Part shown: piece after piece, positions 13,358 through 28,060 of the stretch | Layout of the letters: each line of letters begins with the position of its first letter | Numbering within the stretch: position 1 is the stretch's first letter | Assembly (NCBI GenBank): GCA_964016885.1 | Contig: CAXHJY010001698.1 | Span: 1 to 45,712, forward strand | DNA: 45,712 nucleotides | Direction: 5' to 3' | Origin: Eledone cirrhosa | Lineage: Eukaryota | The notes under the pieces: generated by a model | Databases searched by the model: none | What the model was told of the DNA's origin: nothing | What the model saw: the letters and a program-made list of their open reading frames with translations, nothing else | Made by a program: the position numbers and the translations under genes

Positions 13358-14269
13358 CACAAAGTGATAGTTTATTTAGTACCAGTGATAGTTTATTTAG
13401 CACAAAGTGATAGTTTATTTAGTACCAGTGATCGTTTATTTAGTACCAGTAATAGTTTATTTAGTACCAGTAATAGTTTATTTAGTACCAGTAATAGTTT
13501 ATTTAGCACCAGTAATAGTTTATTTAGTACCAGTGATAGTTTATTTAGCACAAAGTGATAGTTTATTTAGTACCAGTGATAGTTTATTTAGTACCAGTGA
13601 TAGTTTATTTAATACCGGTGATAGTTTATTTAGCACCAGTGATAGTTTATTCAGCACCAGTAATAGTTTATTTAGCACCAGTAATAGTTTATTTAGCACC
13701 AGTGATGGTTTATTTAGCCCCAGTGATCCTTTATTTAGTACTAGTAATAGTTTATTTAGAACCAGTAATAGTTTATTTAGCACAAGTGATGGTTTATTTA
13801 GCACCAGTGATCGTTTATTTAGTACCAGTAATAGTTTATTTAGCACCAGTAATAGTTTATTTAGTACCAGTGATCGTTTATTTAGTACCAGTGATAGTTT
13901 ATTTAGCACCAGTGATAGTTTATTTAGTACCAGTGATGGTTAATTTAATACCAGTGATAGTTTATTTAGCACCAGTGATAGTTTATTTAGTACCAGTGAT
14001 GGTTTATTTATCACCAGTGATGGTCTATTTAGTACCAGTGATAGTTTATTTAGCACCAGTGATAGTTTATTTAGCACTAGCGATGTTCTATTTAGCACCA
14101 GTGATAGTTTATTTAGTACCAGTGATAGTTTATTTAGCACCAGTGATAGTTTAATTAGCACTAGAGATGGTTTATCTAGCACCAGTGATAGTTTATTTAG
14201 TACCAGTGATAATTTATTTAGCAGCAATGATAGTTTATATAGTACCAGTGATAGTTTATTTAGCACCAG

Positions 14270-15510
14270 TTATAGTTTATTTAGCACTAGAGATGGTTTA
14301 TTTAGCACCAGTGATAGTTAATTTAGCACCAGTGATAGTTTATTTAGTACCAGTGATAGTTTATTTAGCCCTAGAGATGGTTTATTTAGCACCAGTGATA
14401 GTTTATTTAGCACTAGAGATGGTTTACTTAGCACCAGTGATAGTTAATTTAGCACCAGTGATAGTTTATTTAGTACTACTGATAGTTTATTTAGCACCAG
14501 TGATAGTTTATTTAGCACCAGTGGTAGTTTATTTAGCACCAGTGATAGTTAATTTAGCACCAGTGATAGTTTATTTAGTACTACTGATAGTTTATTTAGC
14601 ACCAGTGATAGTTTATTTAGCACCTGTGGTAGTTTATTTAGCACCAGTGATAGTTTATTTAGCACCAGTGATAGTTTATGTTGCACCAGCGGTAGTTTAT
14701 TTAGTACCAGTGATAGTTTATGTAGCACTAGAGATGGTTAATTTAGCACCAGTGATAGTTTATTTAGTACTAGAGATGGTTTATTTAGCACCAGTGATAA
14801 TTTATTTAGCACCAGTGATAGTATATATAGTACCAGAGATAGTTTATTTAGCACCAGTGATAGTTTATTTAGCACTAGAGATGGTTTATTTAGCACCAGT
14901 GATAGTTAATTTAGCACCAGTGATAGTTTATTTAGTACCAGTGATAGTTTATTTAGCCCTAGAGATGGTTTATTTAGCACCAGTGATAGTTTATTTAGCA
15001 CTAGAGATGGTTTACTTAGCACCAGTGATAGTTAATTTAGCACCAGTGATAGTTTATTTAGTACTACTGATAGTTTATTTAGCACCAGTGATAGTTTATT
15101 TAGCACCAGTGGTAGTTTATTTAGCACCAGTGATAGTTAATTTAGCACCAGTGATAGTTTATTTAGTACTACTGATAGTTTATTTAGCACCAGTGATAGT
15201 TTATTTAGCACCTGTGGTAGTTTATTTAGCACCAGTGATAGTTTATTTAGCACCAGTGATAGTTTATGTTGCACCAGCGGTAGTTTATTTAGTACCAGTG
15301 ATAGTTTATGTAGCACTAGAGATGGTTAATTTAGCACCAGTGATAGTTTATTTAGTACTAGAGATGGTTTATTTAGCACCAGTGATAATTTATTTAGCAC
15401 CAGTGATAGTATATATAGTACCAGAGATAGTTTATTTAGCACCAGTGATAGTTTATTTAGCACTAGAGATGGTTTATTTAGCACCAGTGATAGTTAATTT
15501 AGCACCAGTG
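14270..15510 (+). repeat. 588-bp (28-monomer) tandem duplication
   Basis: GCCCTAGAGATGG at 14368 and 14956, with GTTGCACCAGCGG and GTATATATAGTACCAGAG each repeated at the same offset. The duplication is also visible inside ORF 14167..15522. Confidence 0.88.
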
Positions 15511-18500
15511 ATAGTTATTTAGTACTAGTGATAGTTTATTTAGCACCAGTGATAGTTTATTTAGCACCAGTGATAGTTTCTGTAGCACAAGAGATGGTTT
15601 ATTTAGCACCAGTGATAGTTTATCTAGTACCAGTGATAGTTTATTTAGCGCCAGTGATAGTTTATTTAGCACAAGTGATAGTTTATTTAGTACCAGTGAT
15701 AGTTTATTTAGAACCAGTGATAGTTTATTTAGTACCAGTGATAGTTTATTTAGTACCAGTGATAGTTTATTTAGTACCAGTGATATTTTATTTAGCACCA
15801 GTGATAGTTTATTTAGCACCAGTGATAGTTTATTTAGCACCAGTAATAGTTTATTTAGAACCAGTGATAGTTTATTTAGCACCAGTAATAGTTTATTTAG
15901 CACCAGTAATAGTTTATTTAGTACCAGTAATAGTTTATTTAGCACCAGTAATAGTTTATTTAGAACCAGTGATAGTTTATTTAGCACAAAGTGATAGTTT
16001 ATTTAGTACCAGTGATAGTTTATTTAGTACCAGTGATAGTTTATTTAATACCGGTGATAGTTTATTTAGCACCAGTGATAGTTTATTTAGTACCAGTGAT
16101 AGTTTATTTAGCACTAGAGATGGTTTATTTTGCACCAGTGATAGTTTATTCAGCACCAGTAATAGTTTATTTAGCACCAGTAATAGTTTATTTCGTACCA
16201 GTGATAGTTTATTTAGCACAAAGTGATAGTTTATTTAGTACCAGTGATAGTTTATTTAGCACAAAGTGATAGTTTATTTAGTACCAGTGATCGTTTATTT
16301 AGTACCAGTAATAGTTTATTTAGTAGCAGTAATAGTTTATTTAGTACCAGTAATAGTTCATTTAGCACCAGTAATAGTTTATTTAGTACCAGTGATAGTT
16401 TATTTAGCACAAAGTGATAGTTTATTTAGTACCAGTGATAGTTTATTTAGTACCAGTGATAGTTTATTTAATACCGGTGATAGTTTATTTAGCACCAGTG
16501 ATAGTTTATTCAGCACCTGTAATAGTTTATTTAGCACCAGTAATAGTTTATTTAGCACCAGTGATGGTTTATTTAGCACCAGTGATCCTTTATTTAGTAC
16601 CAGTAATAGTTTATTTAGCACCAGTAATAGTTTATTTAGCACAAGTGATGGTTTATTTAGCACCAGTGATCGTTTATTTAGTACCAGTAATAGTTTATGT
16701 AGCACCAGTAATAGTTTATTTAGTACCAGTGATCGTTTATTTAGTACCAGTGATAGTTTATTTAGCACCAGTGATAGTTTATTTAGTACCAGTGATGGTT
16801 AATTTAGTACCAGTGATAGTTTATTTAGCACCAGTGATAGTTTATTTAGTACCAGTGATGGTTTATTTATCACCAGTGATGGTCAATTTAGTACCAGTGA
16901 TAGTTTATTTAGCACCAGTGATACTTTATTTAGCACTAGAGATGGTTTATTTAGCACCAGTGATAGTTAATTTAGCACCAGTGATAGTTTATTTAGTACT
17001 AGTGATAGTTTATTTAGCACCAGTGATAGTTTAATTAGCACTAGAGATGGTTTATCTAGCACCAGTGATAGTTTATTTAGTACCAGTGATAATTTATTTA
17101 GCAGCAATGATAGTTTATATAGTACCAGTGATAGTTTATTTAGCACCAGTTATAGTTTATTTAGCACTAGAGATGGTTGATTTAGCACCAGTGATAGTTA
17201 ATTTAGCACCAGTGATAGTTTATTTAGTACCAGTGATAGTTTATTTAGCCCTAGAGATGGTTTATTTAGCACCAGTGATAGTTTATTTAGCACTAGAGAT
17301 GGTTTACTTAGCACCAGTGATAGTTAATTTAGCACCAGTGATAGTTTATTTAGTACTACGTATAGTTTATTTAGCACCAGTGATAGTTTATTTAGCACCA
17401 GTGATAGTTTATTTAGCACCAGTTATAGTTTATTTAGCACTAGAGATGGTTGATTTAGCACCAGTGATAGTTAATTTAGCACCAGTGATAGTTTATTTAG
17501 CACCAGTGATAGTATATATAGTACCAGAAATAGTTTATTTAGCACCAGTGATAGTTTATTTAGCACTAGAGATGGTTTATCTAGCACCAGTGATAGTTAA
17601 TTTAGCACCAGTGATAGTTTATTTAGTACTAGTGATAGTTTATTTAGCACCAGTGATAGTTTATTTAGCACCAGTGATAGTTTATGTTGCACCAGCGGTA
17701 GTTTATTTAGTACCAGTGATAGTTTATGTAGCACTAGAGATGGTTAATTTAGCACCAGTGATAGTTTATTTAGTACTAGAGATGGTTTATTTAGCACCAG
17801 TGATAATTTATTTAGCACCAGTGATAGTATATATAGTACCAGAGATAGTTTATTTAGCACCAGTGATAGTTTATTTAGCACTAGAGATGGTTTATTTAGC
17901 ACCAGTGATAGTTAATTTAGCACCAGTGATAGTTTATTTAGTACCAGTGATAGTTTATTTAGCCCTAGAGATGGTTTATTTAGCACCAGTGATAGTTTAT
18001 TTAGCACTAGAGATGGTTTACTTAGCACCAGTGATAGTTAATTTAGCACCAGTGATAGTTTATTTAGTACTACTGATAGTTTATTTAGCACCAGTGATAG
18101 TTTATTTAGCACCAGTGGTAGTTTATTTAGCACCAGTGATAGTTAATTTAGCACCAGTGATAGTTTATTTAGTACTACTGATAGTTTATTTAGCACCAGT
18201 GATAGTTTATTTAGCACCTGTGGTAGTTTATTTAGCACCAGTGATAGTTTATTTAGCACCAGTGATAGTTTATGTTGCACCAGCGGTAGTTTATTTAGTA
18301 CCAGTGATAGTTTATGTAGCACTAGAGATGGTTAATTTAGCACCAGTGATAGTTTATTTAGTACTAGAGATGGTTTATTTAGCACCAGTGATAATTTATT
18401 TAGCACCAGTGATAGTATATATAGTACCAGAGATAGTTTATTTAGCACCAGTGATAGTTTATTTAGCACTAGAGATGGTTTATTTAGCACCAGTGATAGT

Positions 18501-20689
18501 TAATTTAGCACCAGTGATAGTTATTTAGTACTAGTGATAGTTTATTTAGCACCAGTGATAGTTTATTTAGCACCAGTGATAGTTTCTGTAGCACAAGAGA
18601 TGGTTTATTTAGCACCAGTGATAGTTTATCTAGTACCAGTGATAGTTTATTTAGCGCCAGTGATAGTTTATTTAGCACAAGTGATAGTTTATTTAGTACC
18701 AGTGATAGTTTATTTAGAACCAGTGATAGTTTATTTAGTACCAGTGATAGTTTATTTAGTACCAGTGATAGTTTATTTAGTACCAGTGATATTTTATTTA
18801 GCACCAGTGATAGTTTATTTAGCACCAGTGATAGTTTATTTAGCACCAGTAATAGTTTATTTAGAACCAGTGATAGTTTATTTAGCACCAGTAATAGTTT
18901 ATTTAGCACCAGTAATAGTTTATTTAGTACCAGTAATAGTTTATTTAGCACCAGTAATAGTTTATTTAGAACCAGTGATAGTTTATTTAGCACAAAGTGA
19001 TAGTTTATTTAGTACCAGTGATAGTTTATTTAGTACCAGTGATAGTTTATTTAATACCGGTGATAGTTTATTTAGCACCAGTGATAGTTTATTTAGTACC
19101 AGTGATAGTTTATTTAGCACTAGAGATGGTTTATTTTGCACCAGTGATAGTTTATTCAGCACCAGTAATAGTTTATTTAGCACCAGTAATAGTTTATTTC
19201 GTACCAGTGATAGTTTATTTAGCACAAAGTGATAGTTTATTTAGTACCAGTGATAGTTTATTTAGCACAAAGTGATAGTTTATTTAGTACCAGTGATCGT
19301 TTATTTAGTACCAGTAATAGTTTATTTAGTAGCAGTAATAGTTTATTTAGTACCAGTAATAGTTCATTTAGCACCAGTAATAGTTTATTTAGTACCAGTG
19401 ATAGTTTATTTAGCACAAAGTGATAGTTTATTTAGTACCAGTGATAGTTTATTTAGTACCAGTGATAGTTTATTTAATACCGGTGATAGTTTATTTAGCA
19501 CCAGTGATAGTTTATTCAGCACCTGTAATAGTTTATTTAGCACCAGTAATAGTTTATTTAGCACCAGTGATGGTTTATTTAGCACCAGTGATCCTTTATT
19601 TAGTACCAGTAATAGTTTATTTAGCACCAGTAATAGTTTATTTAGCACAAGTGATGGTTTATTTAGCACCAGTGATCGTTTATTTAGTACCAGTAATAGT
19701 TTATGTAGCACCAGTAATAGTTTATTTAGTACCAGTGATCGTTTATTTAGTACCAGTGATAGTTTATTTAGCACCAGTGATAGTTTATTTAGTACCAGTG
19801 ATGGTTAATTTAGTACCAGTGATAGTTTATTTAGCACCAGTGATAGTTTATTTAGTACCAGTGATGGTTTATTTATCACCAGTGATGGTCAATTTAGTAC
19901 CAGTGATAGTTTATTTAGCACCAGTGATACTTTATTTAGCACTAGAGATGGTTTATTTAGCACCAGTGATAGTTAATTTAGCACCAGTGATAGTTTATTT
20001 AGTACTAGTGATAGTTTATTTAGCACCAGTGATAGTTTAATTAGCACTAGAGATGGTTTATCTAGCACCAGTGATAGTTTATTTAGTACCAGTGATAATT
20101 TATTTAGCAGCAATGATAGTTTATATAGTACCAGTGATAGTTTATTTAGCACCAGTTATAGTTTATTTAGCACTAGAGATGGTTGATTTAGCACCAGTGA
20201 TAGTTAATTTAGCACCAGTGATAGTTTATTTAGTACCAGTGATAGTTTATTTAGCCCTAGAGATGGTTTATTTAGCACCAGTGATAGTTTATTTAGCACT
20301 AGAGATGGTTTACTTAGCACCAGTGATAGTTAATTTAGCACCAGTGATAGTTTATTTAGTACTACGTATAGTTTATTTAGCACCAGTGATAGTTTATTTA
20401 GCACCAGTGATAGTTTATTTAGCACCAGTTATAGTTTATTTAGCACTAGAGATGGTTGATTTAGCACCAGTGATAGTTAATTTAGCACCAGTGATAGTTT
20501 ATTTAGCACCAGTGATAGTATATATAGTACCAGAAATAGTTTATTTAGCACCAGTGATAGTTTATTTAGCACTAGAGATGGTTTATCTAGCACCAGTGAT
20601 AGTTAATTTAGCACCAGTGATAGTTTATTTAGTACTAGTGATAGTTTATTTAGCACCAGTGATAGTTTATTTAGCACCAGTGATAGTTT
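14632..20689 (+). repeat. 3006-bp (143-monomer) tandem duplication, two copies
   Basis: Private markers GCGCCAGT, TTTCGTACC, GTAGCAGTAAT, GTTCATTT, GGTCAATT, CTACGTATAG and GGTTGATT recur at offset 3006. ORFs 15528/18534, 16414/19420 and 17047/20053 start 3006 bp apart. Confidence 0.93.
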
Positions 20690-23630
20690 CTGTAGCACTA
20701 GAGATGGTTTATTTAGCACCAGTGATAGTTTATCTAGTACCAGTGATAGTTTATTTAGCACCAGTGATAGTTTATTTAGCACCAGTGATAGTTTATTTAG
20801 TACCAGTGATATTTTATTTAATACCGGTGATAGTTTATTTAGCACCAGTGATAGTTTATTCAGCACCAGTAATAGTTTATTTAGCACCAGTAATAGTTTA
20901 TTTAGCACCAGTGATGGTTTATTTAGCACCAGTGATCCTTTATTTAGTACCAGTAATAGTTTATTTAGCACCAGTAATAGTTTATTTAGCACAAGTGATG
21001 GTTTATTTAGCACCAGTGATCGTTTATTTAGTACCAGTAATAGTTTATTTAGCACCAGTAATAGTTTATTTAGTACCAGTGATCGTTTATTTAGTACCAG
21101 TGATAGTTTATTTAGCACCAGTGATAGTTTATTTAGTACCAGTGATGGTTAAGTTAGTACCAGTGATGGTTTATTTAGCACCAGTGATAGTTTATTTAGT
21201 ACCAGTGATGGTTTCTTTATCACCAGTGATGGTCTATTTAGTTCCAGTGATAGTTTATTTAGCACCAGTGATAGTTTATTTAGCACTAGCGATGTTCTAT
21301 TTAGCACCAGTGATAGTTTATTTAGTACCAGTGATAGTTTATTTAGCACCAGTGATAGTTTAATTAGCACTAGAGATGGTTTATCTAGCACCAGTGATAG
21401 TTTATTTAGTACCAGTGATAATTTATTTAGCAGCAATGATAGTTTATATAGTACCAGTGATAGTTTATTTAGCACCAGTTATAGTTTATTTAGCACTAGA
21501 CATGGTTTATTTAGCACCAGTGATAGTTAATTTAGCACCAGTGATAGTTTATTTAGTACCAGTGATAGTTTATTTAGCCCTAAAGATGGTTTATTTAGCA
21601 CCAGTGATAGTTTATTTAGCACTAGAGATGGTTTACTTAGCACCAGTGATAGTTAATTTAGCACCAGTGATAGTTTATTTAGTACTACTGATAGTTTATT
21701 TAGCACCAGTGATAGTTTATTTAGCACCAGTGGTAGTTTATTTAGCACCAGTGATAGTTAATTTAGCACCAGTGATAGTTTATTTAGTACTACTGATAGT
21801 TTATTTAGCACCAGTGATAGTTTATTTAGCACCTGTGGTAGTTTATTTAGCACCAGTGATAGTTTATTTAGCACCAGTGATAGTTTATGTTGCACCAGCG
21901 GTATTTTATTTAGTACCAGTGATAGTTTATGTAGCACTAGAGATGGTTAATTTAGCACCAGTGATAGTTTATTTAGTACTAGAGATGGTTTATTTAGCAC
22001 CAGTGATCATTTATTTAGCACCAGTGATAGTATATATAGTACCAGAAATAGTTTATTTAGCACCAGTGATAGTTTATTTAGCACTAGAGATGGTTTATTT
22101 AGCACCAGTGATAGTTAATTTAGCACCAGTGATAGTTTATTTAGTACTAGTGATAGTTTATTTAGCACCAGTGATAGTTTATTTCGCACCAGTGATAGTT
22201 TCTGTAGCACTAGAGATGGTTTATTTAGCACCAGTGATAGTTTATCTAGTAGCAGTGATAGTTTATTTAGCACCAGTGATAGTTTATTTAGCACCAGTGA
22301 TAGTTTATTTAGTACCAGTGATATTTTATTTAATACCGGTGATAGTTTATTTAGCACCAGTGATAGTTTATTCAGCACCAGTAATAGTTTATTTAGCACC
22401 AGTAATAGTTTATTTAGCACCAGTGATGGTTTATTTAGCACCAGTGATCCTTTATTTAGTACCAGTAATAGTTTATTTAGCACCAGTAATAGTTTATTTA
22501 GCACAAGTGATGGTTTATTTAGCACCAGTGATCGTTTATTTAGTACCAGTAATAGTTTATTTAGCACCAGTAATAGTTTATATAGTACCAGTGATCGTTT
22601 ATATAGTACCAGTGATAGTTTATTTAGCACCAGTGATAGTTTATTTAGTACCAGTGATGGTTAAGTTAGTACCAGTGATGGTTTATTTAGCACCAGTGAT
22701 AGTTTATTTAGTACCAGTGATGGTTTCTTTATCACCAGTGATGGTCTATTTAGTTCCAGTGATAGTTTATTTAGCACCAGTGATAGTTTATTTAGCACTA
22801 GCGATGTTCTATCTAGCACCAGTGATAGTTTATTTAGTACCAGTGATAGTTTATTTAGCACCAGTGATAGTTTAATTAGCACTAGAGATGGTTTATCTAG
22901 CACCAGTGATAGTTTATTTAGTACCAGTGATAATTTATTTAGCAGCAATGATAGTTTATATAGTACCAGTGATAGTTTATTTAGCACCAGTTATAGTTTA
23001 TTTAGCACTAGAGATGGTTTATTTAGCACCAGTGATAGTTAATTTAGCACCAGTGATAGTTTATTTAGTACCAGTGATAGTTTATTTAGCCCTAAAGATG
23101 GTTTATTTAGCACCAGTGATAGTTTATTTAGCACTAGAGATGGTTTACTTAGCACCAGTGATAGTTAATTTAGCACCAGTGATAGTTTATTTAGTACTAC
23201 TGATAGTTTATTTAGCACCAGTGATAGTTTATTTAGCACCAGTGGTAGTTTATTTACCACCAGTGATAGTTAATTTAGCACCAGTGATAGTTTATTTAGT
23301 ACTACTGATAGTTTATTTAGCACCAGTGATAGTTTATTTAGCACCTGTGGTAGTTTATTTAGCACCAGTGATAGTTTATTTAGCACCAGTGATAGTTTAT
23401 GTTGCACCAGCGGTATTTTATTTAGTACCAGTGATAGTTTATGTAGCACTAGAGATGGTTAATTTAGCACCAGTGATAGTTTATTTAGTACTAGAGATGG
23501 TTTATTTAGCACCAGTGATCGTTTATTTAGCACCAGTGATAGTATATATAGTACCAGAGATAGTTTATTTAGCACCAGTGATAGTTTATTTAGCACTAGA
23601 GATGGTTTATTTACCACCAGTGATAGTTAA
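20500..23630 (+). repeat. 1512-bp (72-monomer) tandem duplication, about two copies, with no length-variant monomers
   Basis: Markers GGTTAAGTTAG, GTTTCTTTATCACC, GTTCCAGT, CCCTAAAGATGG and GCGGTATTTT recur at offset 1512 = 72x21. ORF starts 21376/22888 and 20603/22115 have the same offset. Confidence 0.9.
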
Positions 23631-26600
23631 TTTAGCACCAGTGATAGTTTATTTAGCACCAGTGATAGTTTCTGTAGCACTAGAGATGGTTTATTTAGCA
23701 CCAGTGATAGTTTATCTAGTACCAGTGATAGTTTATTTAGCACCAGTGATAGTTTATTTAGTACCAGTGATAGTTTATTTAGTACCAGTGATAGTTTATT
23801 TAGTACCAGTGATAGTTTATTTAGTACCAGTGATAGTTTATTTAGTACCGGTGATAGTTTATTTAGCACTAGAGATGATTTATTTAGCACCAGTGATAGT
23901 TTACTTAGCACTAGAGATGGTTTATCTAGCACCAGTGATAGTTTATTAAGCACCAGTGATAGTTTATTTAGCACCAGTGATAGTTTATTTAGTACCAGTG
24001 ATAGTTTATTTAGCTCCAGTGATGGTTTATTTAGCACCAGTGATGGTTTATTTAGCACCAGTGATAGTTTATTTAGCACCAGTGATAGTTTATTTGGTAC
24101 CAGTGATAGTTTATTTAGTAGCGGTGATAGTTTATTTAGCACTAGAGATGGTTTATTTAGCACCAGTGATAGTTTATTCAGCACCAGTGATAGTTTATTA
24201 AACACCAGTGATGGTTTATTTAGCACCAGTGATAGTTTATTTAGCACTAGAGATGGTTTATTTAGCACCAGTGATAGTTAATTTAGCACCAGTGATAGTT
24301 TATTTAGTACTAGTGATAGTTTATTTAGCACCAGTGATAGTTTATTTAGCACCAGTGATAGTTTCTGTAGCACTAGAGATGGTTTATTTAGCAGCAGTGA
24401 TAGTTTATCTAGTACCAGTGATAGTTTATTTAGCACCAGTGATAGTTTATTTAGCACCAGTGATAGTTTATTTAGTACCAGTGATATTTTATTTAGTACC
24501 AGTGATAGTTTATTTAGTACCAGTGATAGTTTATTTAGTACCAGTGATAGTTTATTTAGTACCGGTGATAGTTTATTTAGCACTAGAGATGATTTATTTA
24601 GCACCAGTGATAGTTTATTAAGCACCAGTGATAGTTTATTTAGCACCAGTGATAGTTTATTTAGTACCAGTGATAGTTTATTTAGCTCCAGTGATGGTTT
24701 ATTTAGCACCAGTGATAGTTTATTTAGCACCAGTGATAGTTTATTTAGTACCAGTGATAGTTTATTTAGTACTAGTGATAGTTTATTTAGCACCAGTTAT
24801 ATTTTATTTAGTACCAGTGATAGTTTATTTAGCACCAGTGATAGTTTATTTAGTACCAGTGATAGTTTATTTAATACCAGTGATAATTTATTTAGTACCA
24901 GAGATACTTTATTTAGTACAGTGATAGTTTATTTAGTACCAGTGATAGTTTATTTAGTACCAGTGATACTTTATTTAGCATCAGTGATATTGTATTTAGC
25001 ACTAGTGATAGTTTATTTAGTACCAGTGATAGTTTATTTAGCACTAGAGATGGTTTATTTAGTACCAGTGATAGTTTATTTGGTAACAGTGATAGTTTAT
25101 TTAGTCCCAGTGATACTTTATTTAGCACCAGTGATAGTTTATTTAGCACTAGAGATGGTTTATTTAGCACCAGTGATAGTATATTTAGTACCAGTGATAA
25201 TTTCTTCAGCACCAGTGATAGTTTACTTAGCACTAGAGAAGGTTTATTTGACACCAGTGATAGGTTATTTAGTACCAGTGATAGTTTATTTAGCACCAGT
25301 GATAGTTATTTAGCACCAGTAATAGTTTATTTAGTACCAGTGATGGTTTATTTATCACCAGTGATGGTTTATTTAGTACCAGTGATAGTTTATTTAGTAC
25401 CAGTTTTAGTTTATTTAGCACCAGTGATAGTTTATTTAGTACCAGTGATAGTTTATTTAGCACCAGTGATAGTTTATTTAGTACCAGTGATAGTTTATTT
25501 AGCACCAGTGATAGTTTATTTAGTACCAGTGATAGTTTATTTAGTACCAGTGATAGTTTATTTAGCACAAAATGATAGTTTATTTAGTACCAGTGATAGT
25601 TTATTTAGTACCAGTAATAGTTTATTTAGTACCAGTGATAGTTTATTTAGCACAAAGTGATAGTTTATTTAGTACCAGTGATAGTTTATTTAGTACCAGT
25701 GATAGTTTATTTAGTACCGGTGATGGTTTATTTAGCACCAGTGATAGTTTATTTAGTACCAGTGATAGTTTATTTAGTACAAGTGATAGTTTATTTAGTA
25801 CCGGTGATAGTTTATTTAGTACCAGTGATAGTTTATTTAGTAACAGTGATAGTTTATTTAGTACCGGTGATAGTTTATTTAGTACCAGTGATAGTTTATT
25901 TAGTACCAGTGATAGTTTATTTAGTACCAGTGATAGTTTATTTAGTACCAGTGATATTTTATTTAGCACCAGTGATAGTTTATTTAGCACCAGTGATGGG
26001 TTATTTAGCACCAGTTATCGTTTATTTAGTACCAGTAATAGTTTATTTAGCACCAGTAATAGTTTTTTTAGCACCAGTAATAGTTTATTTAGTACCAGTA
26101 ATAGTTTATTTAGCACCAGTAATAGTTTATTTAGCACCAGTAATAGTTTATTTAGTACAAGTGATAGTTTATTTACTACCGGTGATAGTTTATTTAGTAC
26201 CAGTGATAGTTTATTTAGCACCAGTGATAGTTTATTTAGTACCAGTGATAGTTTATTTAGTACCAGTGATAGTTTATTTAGCACAAAGTGATAGTTTATT
26301 TAGTACCAGTGATAGTTTATTTAGTACCAGTAATAGTTTATTTAGTACCAGTGATAGTTTATTTAGCACAAAGTGATAGTTTATTTAGTACCAGTGATAG
26401 TTTATTTAGTACCAGTGATAGTTTATTTAGTACCAGTGATAGTTTATTTAATACCAGTGATAATTTATTTAGTACCAGAGATACTTTATTTAGTACAGTG
26501 ATAGTTTATTTAGTACCAGTGATAGTTTATTTAGTACCAGTGATACTTTATTTAGCATCAGTGATATTGTATTTAGCACTAGTGATAGTTTATTTAGTAC

Positions 26601-28060
26601 CAGTGATAGTTTATTTAGCACTAGAGATGGTTTATTTAGCACCAGTGATAGTTTATTTGGTAACAGTGATAGTTTATTTAGTCCCAGTGATACTTTATTT
26701 AGCACCAGTGATAGTTTATTTAGCACTAGAGATGGTTTATTTAGCACCAGTGATAGTATATTCAGTACCAGTGATAATTTCTTCAGCACCAGTGATAGTT
26801 TACTTAGCACTATAGAAGGTTTATTTGACACCAGTGATAGGTTATTTAGTACCAGTGATAGTTTATTTAACACTAGTGATAGTTATTTAGCACCAGTAAT
26901 AGTTTATTTAGTAGCAGTGATGGTTTATTTATCACCAGTGATGGTTTATTTAGTACCAGTGATAGTTTATTTAGTACCACTGATGGTTTATTTAGTACCA
27001 GTGATAGTTTATTTAGTACCAGTGATAGTTTATTCAGCACCAGTGATAGTTTACTTAGTACCAGTGATGGTTTATTTATCACCAGTGATGGTTTATTTAG
27101 TACCAGTGATAGTTTATTTAGCACCAGTGATAGTTTATTTAGCACCAGTGATAGTTTATTTAGCACCAGTAATATTTTATTTAGTACCAGTGATAGTTTA
27201 TTTTGTACCAGTGATAGTTTATTTAGCACCAGTGATAGTTTATTTAGCACCAGTGATAGTTTATCTAGTACCGGTGATAGTTTATTTAATACCAGTGATA
27301 ATCTATTTAGTACCAGTGATACTTTATTTAGTACAGTGATAGTTTATTTAGTACCAGTGATAGTTTATTTAGTACCAGTGATATTTCATTTAGCATCAGT
27401 GTTATTTTATTTAGCACCAGTGATAGTTTATTTAATACCGGTGATAGTTTATTTAGCACCAGTGATAGTTTATTCAGCACCAGTAATAGTTTATTTAGCA
27501 CCAGTGATAGTTTATTTAGCACCAGTGGTAGTTTATTTAGCACCAGTGATAGTTAATTTAGCACCAGTGATAGTTTATTCAGTACTACTGATAGTTTATT
27601 TAGCACCAGTGATAGTTTATTTAGCACCTGTGGTAGTTTATTTAGCACCAGTGATAGTTTATTTAGCACCAGTGATAGTTTATCTTGCACCAGCGGTAGT
27701 TTATTTAGTACCAGTGATAGTTTATGTAGCACAAGAGATGGTTAATTTAGCACCAGTGATAGTTTATTTAGTACTAGAGATGGTTTATTTAGCACCAGTG
27801 ATAGTTTATTTAGTACTAGTGATAGTTTATTTAGCACCAGTGATAGTATATATAGTACCAGAGATAGTTTATTTAGCACCAGTGATAGTTTATTTAGCAC
27901 TAGAGATGGTTTATATAGCACCAGTGATAGTTTATTTAGTACTAGTGATAGTTTATTTAGCACCAGTGATAGTTTATTTAGCACCAGTGATAGTTTCTGT
28001 AGCACTAGAGATGGTTTATTTAGCACCAGTGATAGTTTATCTAGTACCAGTGATAGTTTC

